This document shows positions 11,934 to 22,801 of a stretch of 55,710 bases of DNA, piece after piece; positions within the stretch are counted from its first letter, which is position 1; the number at the start of each line of letters is the position of its first letter. The notes beneath the pieces were generated by a model, which was not told where the DNA came from, ran no database searches, and saw only the letters and a program-made list of their open reading frames with translations. Source of the DNA: Octopus bimaculoides (taxonomy: Eukaryota); NCBI RefSeq assembly GCF_001194135.2, contig NC_068997.1, positions 31,301,001 to 31,356,710 on the forward strand, given 5' to 3'. Position numbers and translations under genes: made by a program.

Positions 11934-12440
11934 TTAGTTCATTTCGTACGTGAGTGTTGCATTGTTGGATTATTGTTGTTGGAACTCTTCTGCGTTTTTT
12001 TTATCGCTAGGTTTGTTTACGTTGTGTTTCGCAGACTGTTTTGAACATTGTCCCCCTCATTTGAGTGGGGAATTATTAATTTTTATATTATGTGGCATTT
12101 CTGGGAATTTTCCCCAAGCCATGAGTTGCCCCTCTGTTGAGGAAAAAACTGAAACCAAAATGGTTAACATGCTTAACATGCTCTCAGGCAAGGATTTTCT
12201 TGAAGGTCGCCCACAAGAACGGATAAACAAAGCAAATTTCGCCGCTGCAGCTGGTATACCAAGGAAAAAGCTTAATGTGAAACCCGAAATTTTAAACAAT
12301 CACAAAGAGATGTTTGAGTGGGATGGACACGAATTGAAAGCCACCCACCCCAGTGAATTTATAGAAAGCACGACCAAAAAAATTGTTCAAAAGTCTAGTA
12401 GTAAAGGAGAAAAAACAAGAAATACCATCGGATCCTTCTG
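11934..12440 (+). mobile_element. 5' end and truncated ORF1 N-terminus of a further Tx1-like unit (C)
   Basis: Head ttagttcatt..ttggattattgttg..gaactct resembles the head at ~7433. Followed by MSCPSVEEKTETKM..NFAAAAG (basic ORF1-like start). Confidence 0.4.
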
Positions 12441-12770
12441 ATTTGGCGGGCGCCACTTGTTTTCTTAACGAAACACTTTCAAACTTGGGACACTGGTAGA
12501 ATGTGTCATATAAAACATCTTTTACTTTTAGTGTTATTGAGAAAATTTGATCTTTTTAAAGTTATTTCGTGTTAAAATTGTCGTATTTCGGTAATTACAA
12601 CCAATCACTGACGTCTATTGAGGTGAAGACAATTACTGCTGTGGAATGTAGACAACACGTTGTGCGGTGTAATGGGATCTTTTCCCTTGAATAAAATTAG
12701 TGCCGTTCTTTGTCAACAACAACTATAGGCGGTACTGATATTTATAACATCGTTCGTGCATTTGTACTGG

Positions 12771-12834
12771 TTTTAGCTTTAGGGTTTTAGGGTCAGGGTT
12801 CAGGTTTTAGAGTTAGGGTTTTAGGGTTAGGGTT
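12771..12834 (+). repeat. Degenerate interstitial (TTAGGG)n-like tract
   Basis: ttttagctttagggttttagggtcagggttcaggttttagagttagggttttagggttagggtt. Confidence 0.8.
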
Positions 12835-12864
12835 ATGAGTATTTTTGTCAAAATACTCATAACC

Positions 12865-13250
12865 TTACAAATAGAATTAGCTTGATCTACTAATCTCAGG
12901 TCAGTCACATTAAACATACCCTTCTCTACACAAAGTGCTAACATCCGTTTTCTATAACCCCTTATTTTAGGTTCATTTTCCAAGTAGCATTGCATCACTG
13001 TCCTATTTTCTTCCCTGACTCATTTCCTTCTCCTTACTCTATTATCTGTTGATGCTGTTTTAGTATAACAGCAGTCGTCAGTCTGCATCTGCACTGAACC
13101 ACTACCGAGTAAGAGACTTTCCCTTAAAGCTCCAACATCGTTTCCATTGTTACCACCAAATTTCCGTGTAAATTCATGTCGATCATAAACTGAGGTAAGG
13201 TAAAGCTCGTTACCATCATCAACATCATCACTATTGTTATTATTCGACAT
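12865..13250 (-). mobile_element. R4/Dong-like element, 5' fragment
   Basis: Minus strand RRK*VREENRTVMQCYLENEPKIRGYRKRML..EKGMFNVTDLRLVDQANSI, the N-terminal block characteristic of R4/Dong-like ORFs. Confidence 0.7.
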
Positions 13251-13257
13251 CCCTTAG

Positions 13258-13605
13258 TTTTTATTATTATTATTATTATTATTATTGTTTTTAAAAGGAT
13301 TGACGTAACTCTTCACAAAGGTAAATAGTCAAGACGAAGAGCGCGATTCGATTGTAAGATATTTTATTATTATTACTATTATTATTCACTAGTTTTATTT
13401 TTACAGCGTGCTTTCACTTCACTACCGAGCGCAGCTCTGTGCGCCTTGGGTATCTGCTGTGGTTTGCTGTGGTGCTCTTATGGTTACTGTATTGAAAGTG
13501 TTTTGTGTAGTATGTGTGCAGTACCCAGTAGTGCAATTTTCTGTATGTTATATATATTTGTAAGTCCTGGTGTTTTTGTTATGTATTTGTCTGAATATAT
13601 TATTA
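13258..13605 (-). mobile_element. R4/Dong-like element, 3' end with (TAA)n tail
   Basis: Minus strand IQKIALLGTAHILHKTLSIQ* (C-terminus of the RLE domain), short 3' UTR, then (TAA)n arrays at ~13258-13385. Confidence 0.75.
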
Positions 13606-14380
13606 TTATTATTATTATTATGTGTATTGTTATTTAGATTTGATCTGTCTATGTATTGCTTTATGTACTGTTTTATTTATCTATCAATTTGTCTTATTTG
13701 TTACTGTAAATGTATCTTGTTTCACGACGATCCTCTCGATTCTCTATCTCAGAACTGCTAGAATATTACATGTACCCAGCTGTATATTATAAAAACAGTA
13801 AAACGAGGAGAAGACAAACGCGGAACTTGTTTAAAATGTCACCTGCGGAGATGCATTCTACATCTGTGATGCAGGACAATTGACTGCATAGCCCCTCACC
13901 AATGGGCTACAAGTCGAGAATGAGTTGAAATAATTATATTGGTTTTGAACAAAGAATCTTACTTTCTGTGTATGAGGTATATATATATATATATATATNN
14001 NNNNNNNNNNNNNNNNNNNNNNNNNNNNNNNNNNNNNNNNNNNNNNNNNNNNNNNNNNNNNNNNNNNNNNNNNNNNNNNNNNNNNNNNNNNNNNNNNNNN
14101 NNNNNNNNNNNNNNNNNNNNNNNNNNNNNNNNNNNNNNNNNNNNNNNNNNNNNNNNNNNNNNNNNNNNNNNNNNNNNNNNNNNNNNNNNNNNNNNNNNNN
14201 NNNNNNNNNTTAGGGAAAATAACCAATTTTCAAGAACTCATCGATGAAAATCCACTATTGGTTATTTTCCCTAAAACTATATATTTTATATATACTTTAT
14301 CTATAAGGCTCATTTTAATTTTTTATAAATTGATTTTAATTGAGTTTTTTACCTGTAATTTTGGATTTTGTCCCTAATAT

Positions 14381-14417
<37 letters not shown>

Positions 14418-14565
14418 GTGTATTTATTTTCTCTTAGCTAATTATTAACTCTGACAAAATAAAATGGTTAATAGTTACCAGGGTAGCAAAGTCCACAACA
14501 TAACTTTGGTGTAACTCCTGTTTATGGGGTAGAAACTCCCTTTTAATTTGAGGTATATTGAATAA

Positions 14566-14650
14566 ATATAAGTTTAAATAAATGGAGTTATACGCATGTA
14601 TTAAATGATTTCTTATATATGCGTATAACTCCATTTATTTAAACTTATAT
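14566..14650. repeat. Perfect 32-bp inverted repeat with 21-nt loop
   Basis: atataagtttaaataaatggagttatacgcat (14566-14597) / exact reverse complement (14619-14650). Confidence 0.95.
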
Positions 14651-14664
14651 ATATATATGACTAG

Positions 14665-14960
14665 TTGACATTACGTCGGTGAGGGTTCCAGTTGATCCGA
14701 TCAATGGAACAGTCTGCTCGTGAAATTAACGTGCAAGACATACTTAAACACGTAACCTTAACGTATTCCCCAGAGAGTCGGCGTGACAAAGAATGTGAAA
14801 CCGCTGCCCTTTTCAAGTAGAGGTACAACTCATTTTTGCCAGCTGAGTGGACTGGAGCAACATGAAAGTATCTTACTCAAGGGTACCACGTGCTGCCGGG
14901 AGCCGAACCCACGAGAATACGACCGTTACCTGAATACCCTAACCTCTATGCCAGGCACCG
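14665..14960 (-). mobile_element. tRNA-derived SINE (cephalopod family 1)
   Basis: Minus-strand head tggcatagaggttagg (A box) and gggttcggctccc (B box), then ccttgagtaagatactt central box and body ttgctccagtccactcagctggcaaaaatgagttgtacc. Confidence 0.85.
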
Positions 14961-15254
14961 TCATGTATACCTTTATACTTATTGGGTCATATAATAGATA
15001 ATGCGCTTTTTTTAGACTTCTAGTATTTTTAAAAATTAAATAAAGTTCCTTTTTACTCTAAAGTATACTCTCCATCATTTTTGACAATGCTCATCTATCT
15101 ATCTGGTAGACTTGCAAGGCTCCTCTTCCAAAATTCAATTACCCGTGACGAAAAATATTCCTCCAGTATTCTTCTGACCTTGTTTACAGAATTCATATTT
15201 TTCCGTCCAAATGATTTTGAAGACTGCGGAATAAATAATAATCAGATGGGGCAA

Positions 15255-16275
15255 TGTCCGGCGAATATGGTAGAAAGGACATCGTTTTCCAGATTCTGCT
15301 GGGGAAAACAGCGGCCGAAATAGTTTTCATGTTTCAAACAGTTTGTAGGGTCGCTGCCATGAACAAAAGTTTACAAATAGTTCTCACACTTTAGAAATTC
15401 TCACTTGTGGCTTGAAGAGCAGCCTCGTTCAGTGCGACCGTCAACCTCCTGAACGAACGAGAACATCATGAAAATTCACGAACAGACCTTGGAGGAGCGT
15501 CGCCGAAAAACGGATGGACTTGATATGAGTTACGAGTACTGGAGCTTCTGCGAACAAATTTTGAGCGAGGAATTGCGAATGAAAAGAGTTGCAGCAAAAT
15601 TTGCGCGTCGCTTGCTCACAGAAAATCAAAAGCAGTCACGACTGAATGCGTGTCGTAAAGTGAGAGAACAGTTGGAAATGGATCCGGACCTTTTATCGTA
15701 GGTCCTCACTTGTGACAAAAGTTGGTGCTAAGTGTACGACCCGTAAACGAAGCAGTAATTCAGTCAATGGAAGCATTCAATGTTACCACACACCCAAAAA
15801 GTGCGTCAAATGAAATCCAATATCAAGACGATGCTGATTTGTTTCATTGATGTGAAACGAATTGTCCACCTAATGTTTTTCTTCCTCCTGTTAACCAGAC
15901 ATTTTGCTTGGTAATTTTGGAGCATTTGTGAGACACGGCAAGACGAATACACCCCAACGAGTGGCAAAGTGGAGAACGGTGGTTTCATCGCGACAATATT
16001 CGAACACACACGTCCGTGACTGTCAGACTGTTTTAACCAAAAATAGCATGATCTCGCTTACTGACTTTTCCTATTTACCCGATCTTGATCCCTGAAACTT
16101 TTTTTTCTTCCCTGGAATGAAAAAACTCCTTAAAGAAAAACATTTTCCTGATGTGGAAGAGGTGCAGGAAAAACGACGGAGGAGTTGAAAGCATCACTTC
16201 GCGAGAGTTCAAGGACTACTTCGCTCAGCGGAAAATGCGTCTGGACCTATGCATTGCTTCAGATGGAGAATCTTA
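15255..16275 (+). pseudogene. Mariner-type DD34D transposase remnant
   Basis: LGKTAAEI (HTH), QPRSVRPSTS, ILSEELRMKRVAAKF, LTCDKSW (D1), FHRDNIRTH (D2), YLPDLDP*NF (YSPDLAP/D3), RLDLCIASDG. TIRs not identified. Confidence 0.9.
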
Positions 16276-16789
16276 CTATATTGGGCGTTATTTCCGTCTA
16301 TCCGTCTCTTTCTCTGTTCCCTCTTCACGGCCAGACGGCTGGATCAGTGGTTACGATATTATTTGGGATTACAAAAACGGTCGTCAGCAAGGTTTTTACT
16401 ATTAAAAAAATCTGAATGTATGATTATTGCGTGAATACCGGTGTTTGAATTAATAAACCGCCTTCGTATTTTTATTGAAAATTCACCGACCACGAGTAAT
16501 TCTGGATTTTCATGGTATAGATTGTGGCCCCATCATAGATACGAAGGAGGTCATGAGGACAGTTAATAGCGAAAATAAAATGGAAAATGTGTGTCAGAAA
16601 AAGTATGTCTCAGTGTGATTATTTAGTGATTATTGAAGTGTATCAGACTCGAGCAGGATTCGAAACAGCTAATCGAAGCGGCTGTTGTTTGCATGTCAGT
16701 TTTATCATTCAAAATAATCCAAGATACCAGGACATCCGGACATTATTCGCATAGAACAGTGACAGGTAAGTCTTAGTTTGATATTTTGC

Positions 16790-16990
16790 AACCCTAAAGA
16801 TTCCGCTCGCGCATTCACAGCAAACAAGGCACAGGGCCAGACTTCAGATCGGGTAGGAGTATTTTAACCCGCTCCGATGTTTACACACGGCCAGTTATAC
16901 GTCGCTAAGTGTAGAGCAACAGACTTCAGTAATTTTAAAATTAGTGTCGACCAAACAGAAAATATCGTCTACAAAGAATTGATATTATCG
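16790..16990 (+). mobile_element. Helitron PIF1-like helicase C-terminal fragment
   Basis: PLKIPLA.AFTANKAQGQTSDRVGV..PMFTHGQLYVAKCRA..TENIVYKELIL (cf. FAMTINKAQGQT, HGQLYVALSR, NIVYKEV). Confidence 0.85.
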
Positions 16991-17829
16991 AAAGGAATAT
17001 GATTCATAATTTAAATAACAAAATTTGTGAACTTTGAACGTATGAGTATAAAGAAGAGTAAAATAGTATAAAATCTAAACTAAAAGTATATCTAAATAAC
17101 ATTTTTTGTTCTTTATACTTTTTATGTAGTGGTCGAAGGAAGCTCTGGCTTTCGTTTGGTGTGGTCCACATAACCATTCATGATACAGAACCTGGGAGCC
17201 TATTTCAGTTCGGGAGTGAATCGTCATCACATGTTGCAACACATGTCATTTGGCTGCAATGGAATGCTGCATCACCAACAATAATGCGATTTCTCGAAGA
17301 CTTCACCCAGTAATCTATCGAATTCATTTACACATCTTTCAATACATACTGATGGTACGAATTCCCTCCCTCATTTTATGCCTCCATCGTGGATGGGTAG
17401 ATTTGTTGAAGGTGATAAAAGTATAAACATAAAAATAAGTGAAAAAATAATATTGCAAATTCCGGTTTGGGTGGGGTACCTCCCTGGTATATAATGCGTT
17501 TGGTGTTTATGTGCACGAGTATGACAGATGTATGCTAAGGTAATTGCAACAGTGTTGCTGGGTATGAGAGGGGAATTAGCATTGGACTGAGATTTGGTGG
17601 TGTGGAGAGAAAAAGAAAGAGAGGAGTGGTGTACGTATATAGATGTGTGTATCTGTTTATTGAGGAGATACGGTTACAGGATATATGCCAGTTTGGGAGA
17701 TCGGCCGGTGTGCTGCGTTGACTTCGGTTGCTAGGCCCCCTGGACACGGTGGTGAGACAGCCATAGTTGAGGTGAAGCCAATCTTAAGGTGGTGTATCAG
17801 GTTTCCCTGCGGTCATTGTTTTGAAGTTC

Positions 17830-18030
17830 GCCAGGAGAGCGTACCTCTGGTGGCAACATTAAGATAGTTTGTTTCCTGTTGATGGATACTGCAGGTTGGT
17901 GGAAATGTGGAGATGTTCAGAGAGGCAGTGTTGGCAGCTGAGGGTGCCGGATGAGTAATGAAGGGACTGTCGATGATGTTCCATTCAATTTTGTGGGTTT
18001 CATTCCAGAGGTCGTAAATTCGCTAAAGTA
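17830..18030 (-). mobile_element. Penelope-like (Naiad-type) GIY-YIG C-terminal fragment; putative 3' UTR extends toward ~17400
   Basis: Minus strand EWNIIDS..SSGTLSCQHCLSEHLHI..NRKQT..HQRYALLANF matches the W.I....Y....C.LCL.EK..I....LN.R....CRH pattern. Confidence 0.6.
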
Positions 18031-18939
18031 AGCGAGACAAAAAGGTGAAATATTTTCTATCCCTGCGTCTAGGCGTAAAATCTAGGTTAGCCAACATGTT
18101 TTTTGTTAAGAAACTCGGAAAAAATTTCCTTCCTTCCAGCAGATACAGGATGATATTTAACAACACTCTCAAACGTGCATAGGTAATTATGTTCTCAAAT
18201 GTCTGATCAGAGTAATTTGTCGTGGTCAGCGAGAATATTTTTTTCATCAGGTCCAAGATATTTTTTTATTTCGTTTTGATGGATCCAGTACAAGTTGAGC
18301 GAGAAAAAAATTCATCTATTAAGTAGCAATTTTACCTACTGATTTGTTGAAACGTGGTTACCTAGACAGTTCATGTTAGCCACTTCAATTTGCTGTCAGT
18401 TCGGCATCGATGTAGGAATAGTTTAGATGGGTTTCCATTAAATGATACAGTGTGTCATTTCAGCAAGTCAATTCTCTCTGTATGGAATCTTCTATTTTTG
18501 AGCATTCAGTGATGGCTTCAATTAAGGTATATTTTGTAAGATCATCGAAACGAAAGTTGGTTGATGTTTGTGAATGTCTTGATTAAAACTTTTCAGGAAC
18601 CTCCAAAAAGACTTATGGCCTAATGGCAGCGAGTGGTGGGAAGCATTTTTTGCCTGGGTTAATGACAGAGATTGATGCTGTGTGATAACCGAGATATTTG
18701 TCTAACAGTAAATAAATCTAGATTTCGTTGTGTTTGACTTTACTGAGGTTGGGGCAGCAAAGTTTCATCACCGATAGTAGTAGTAGTAGTAGTAGTAGTA
18801 GTGCTGGTGTTGGTGGTTGTATGTATTCTTTTATTCTTTTACTGGTTTCAGCTGCTGGACTGCGGCCATATTGGAACACTGCCTTATTATTGTTGCTTTT
18901 CTCTGATTTTTTTATAGCTTCGTTGTCGCTCTATGATTG

Positions 18940-21055
18940 AATGTTGGTCTATGATTGAGTTTGTAATCGCTGATCTCCCGTGAGTGTATCCCTGAATGTT
19001 TGGTTGGTCCGATATCGTCGTTAGGTGTTCATCCAATGCTTTTTTGAATGGTCCAGTAGTGGTCCCTTTTATGTCTAAACTCTTTGGGTAAGCAGTTGAA
19101 TACTTGAGGACCTCTGAATATTAGACTGGTATACTATCGTGTTTTTGCTTGTAAGGTTGAAGATGGTATATTTGGAAGCCGATAGTACTTACCAGTTCGA
19201 GCATTAAAATTCGCATTAATGCCAACGTTTGGAACATACTCCTCCAGGATCTTGTATATATATATATATATATACAATAGTATATCTCTCGCATCGGTGT
19301 TCAAGAGAGTAGAGAGGCAGAGCTTTCAGTAATTAAGGCCATTAACCGAAATTAATTTATTGGTGAATGTTCTTTGTAACCCTTCAATTTCTTCTATGAG
19401 ATCGGGTGAATTTGGATCCGTAGCTGTGAGCAGTAATCTAATCTGCTCAGAACTAAGTTTTTCCATAGAGTTAACATAATTACCGGTTCTCTTGCCGTGA
19501 ATGTTCGTAAAATCCATCCTATGAGATGTCTGCATTTAGAGATCAGTTTGGTCATGTAACTGATGAAAGATGCATCATTTTACATGGTTATTCCTAAATC
19601 TCGTATGTGGGTGGTGCTCTGAATCATTGTATTATCTGGCGCCAAATATTGGGCTTTATGTCTATTCCCTCTATAATGAAGGGCCTGAAATTTTGATGCA
19701 TTAAATTTCATATTATTTTTATTCACCTATCGATAAACGATGTTTAGGTCATTAAATTTCATATTATTTTTATTCACCTATCGATAAACGATGTTTAGGT
19801 CATTTTGGAGTGAGATGGCATTTTCTGGAGTTTAGATAGCCATTGATATTTTTGTGCCGTCAGAGTAACTCATTAAATTGACCGATTGCACTTGTGAAAG
19901 TATACCTGATAGGACTATGGTGAATAATAATGGACCAAGAACCGTACCCTGAGGTATACCACTTATTATGGGTGACTTTACTGAGAGATAACCGTTTGCA
20001 GCAACAGATTGATTCCTATCCTGTAGGAAGTCAAAAAATCATTCTCTGAGTTTCCCTATGACAGATGATTGCACCATCAATCTTATCAAACGTTTTAGCA
20101 AAATCAGGGGTATGCAGTCAGCGTCCTTTCCATTCAGGAGATTATTGAAGATAGTGTTATGGTGTTGTAATAGTTGTGTCAGACAACCTCATCCAGTCCT
20201 AAAACCATGCTATGTATTATCTAAGAGATTGTTTTCTTCAAGGTATGCAGTTATTCTTTTTCGGGCAATGCGTTCTACAATTTTAGATCTGTGAGATGTG
20301 AGAGAAACAGGTATCTAATATTTAGCTTCAGCCCTGCTCCTCCTTTATAGATAGCTTTTACTGTTGCTTCTTTTAATAATTCTGAAAAAATGCCGGTTTC
20401 AAACGACGTTTGAAATAGCAACTTTAATGGCATGGCGAGACTGTATTGCAAGTTTTCGATAGTATGGTTTGGAGACCATCTAGTCCTGATGCGGAATTTG
20501 AATCTAGATCGTTAATAACTATAACCGTCTTCTTCTATAATATCTAAAATCTCTAGACGTTTCTGTGCAGTAGAATTCTGGGGATCGAAGAATTCCCTTG
20601 GATTATGCACTGTTTTGTCAATCATAGGATGTTGAGAGAAAGCACTATTTTATTGATTCAAGTGGGAAAAGAACTTCGGATTAACTTTCATATTTTCCAC
20701 TGCTCGGTGTTCCATTAGTGAAGGTTCCTTTTTCATCAGACATTTTGAGGTCTAGTTCAATGTTCCTTATTTTCGTAGCTTTTTTTTGCAATCTCGTCTG
20801 TAGAGAGAGTTAGGTTCTTCATTTGTTTTGTCACTTTGGTTTTGTTAGGCATTAATATCTGTTTATCCCGTGAAGTCAATTTTTTAGGGAAATAGGAATG
20901 TTTATATGGAGTATGCTTCTGACAGATCATGGTATTCTGGTCGTACAAAAACTTAATTCCCTCGTTAACATTGACGTTGGCACTATGCTGAGACCAGTTT
21001 GTTTGAGGACCTCACTTTTGATTTCATTCCAGTTGTCCTTCAAGTTCTTGAGGGG
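18940..21055 (-). mobile_element. CR1/L2-group LINE ORF2 remnant including 3' end
   Basis: HGFRTG*GCLTQLL, FAKTFDKID, SGIPQGTVLGPLLF (19922-19960), YSDG (YADD), IEGLQRTFT, RGPQVFNCLP, FKKALDEHL..DQP. Interrupted by (TA)n at ~19256-19273 and a 51-bp tandem duplication at 19699-19800. Confidence 0.9.
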
Positions 21056-21225
21056 GTGAGTCATTTTTGATATTACTTGTGCGTATTTGTATCTTTAAAC
21101 CATATACAGATATATATATATAAAATTTTAAAAGGGGTTTGTATTATAGTGTATAGAGGAATATATTATTCAAAAGAATTCCAGCTCTGCTTTTTAAATG
21201 TTTTGTTTATATTCTTATGAAATTA

Positions 21226-22160
21226 ATGTGAGATATAGAATATGGAATATATAGTATATATCGTAAAATGAAATGAAGTATTGAATGTCTTATTGAATAA
21301 ATGAAATATTGAATATTAAATATATAAGGACTAGTATAATTTCCTGCTTTGTAGTAGTCTTCAAGGTCCCGTGTGACAGAAGTGTTTTAACTGTAGTCGA
21401 CTGGCTGCCTTTTTGTCCTTTATACACATTCTTTTGGACAGCAGCAGTAGGTGTTTGACTATTTTTAGAGATGATGCCAAACTATTTTTGAATATTTTTT
21501 TGATAGTACATTACTTGTCTGGCCAACATACAGTTCTTCACAATTTGGGCATTTGATGCAGTAGATTATATGTGAAGAAAAGTACGTTGGCCAGACAGGT
21601 AATGCACTATCAGAACGCTCGCGTGTGCATCGACAACAGATTAAAAGCCCAGAGGTCCGCCAAATACCACTGAGTAACCATCTGGCAACATGTGGTCGAA
21701 AAACTTTTATGATATTTCCATTTCCTAAACTTTACAACCTGAATGAAATTGAGAGAAAACGGAGACAAAAGGACTTTATTAAGAAATTCAAACCCAAGCT
21801 TAACAAACAATGATTAAATTAATCTTATTTGGGGTTTAAAAATCTTATCCCTATAACTAAAACACAAAAAATCACTCAAATGTCATCATTTCTAAAAAAA
21901 CATTGAAAAATGGTTTGGCATCATCTCTAAAAATAACCAAACACCTACTGCTGGTGTCCAAAGGAATATGTATAAAGGACAGAAAGACAGCCAGTCAACT
22001 ACAGTTAAAACATTTCTGTCACACAAGACCTTGAAAGCAGGAAAGTATACTAGTCCTTATATATTTAATATTCAATATTTCATTTATTCAATAAGACATT
22101 CAATACTTCATTTCATTTTACTATATATATACTATATATTCCATATTCTATATCCCACAT
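21226..22160. mobile_element. Head-to-head inverted pair of Penelope-like (Neptune-type) 3' ends
   Basis: Outer IR arms 21226-21500 / 21894-22160 and inner 31-bp IR 21501-21531 / 21582-21612. Minus strand IIYCIKCPNCEELYVGQT; plus strand EEKYVGQTGNALSERSRVHRQQI..NHLATC..FIKKFKPKLN (GIY-YIG). Confidence 0.85.
21327..21370 (-). ncRNA. Hammerhead-like motif (partner copy at 22025-22057 on +, lacking half of stem II)
   Basis: gggac-cttgaaga-ctact acaa agcag-gaa-attatact-a-gtcct. The plus copy has the perfect stem III palindrome agtatact. Confidence 0.45.
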
Positions 22161-22181
22161 GCCAAATTTCACATTAGTGCT

Positions 22182-22272
22182 CGATGCAAAATCTCTCACC
22201 AGATCCTGTGAAAGTGTCCAACCCATGCCAGTATGGAAAATGGACATTGCATGATGAAGATGATGAAGATTT
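22182..22272 (+). mobile_element. 3' tail of an RTE-like LINE/SINE
   Basis: gtgtccaacccatgccagtatggaaaatggacattgcatgatgaagatgatgaag, homologous to the minus-strand tail at ~33140-33200 with a (GAT)n end. Confidence 0.55.
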
Positions 22273-22743
22273 AGATATCCATNNNNNNNNNNNNNNNNNN
22301 NNNNNNNNNNNNNNNNNNNNNNNNNNNNNNNNNNNNNNNNNNNNNNNNNNNNNNNNNNNNNNNNNNNNNNNNNNNNNNNNNNNNNNNNNNNNNNNNNNNN
22401 NNNNNNNNNNNNNNNNNNNNNNNNNNNNNNNNNNNNNNNNNNNNNNNNNNNNNNNNNNNNNNNNNNNNNNNNNNNNNNNNNNNNNNNNNNNNNNNNNNNN
22501 NNNNNNNNNNNNNNNNNNNNNNNNNNNNNNNNNNNNNNNNNNNNNNNNNNNNNNNNNNNNNNNNNNNNNNNNNNNNNNNNNNNNNNNNNNNNNNNNNNNN
22601 NNNNNNNNNNNNNNNNNNNNNNNNNNNNNNNNNNNNNNNNNNNNNNNNNNNNNNNNNNNNNNNNNNNNNNNNNNNNNNNNNNNNNNNNNNNNNNNNNNNN
22701 NNNNNNNNNNNNNNNNNNNNNNNNNNNNNNNNNNNNNNNNNNN

Positions 22744-22801
<58 letters not shown>

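Noticed and set aside
14210-14274. Perfect 18-bp inverted repeat (14210-14227 / 14257-14274)
   Set aside because: Starts exactly at a gap edge, so its extent and reality cannot be judged.
14860-14960. tRNA gene (also SINE heads at 47090-47173, 53398-53460, 55100-55184)
   Set aside because: A/B boxes only, no complete cloverleaf, and each is fused to a SINE body.
19699-19800. 51-bp in-frame tandem duplication in CR1 RT
   Set aside because: Real, but lies in a dead ORF with many stops, so it is an ordinary slippage event.
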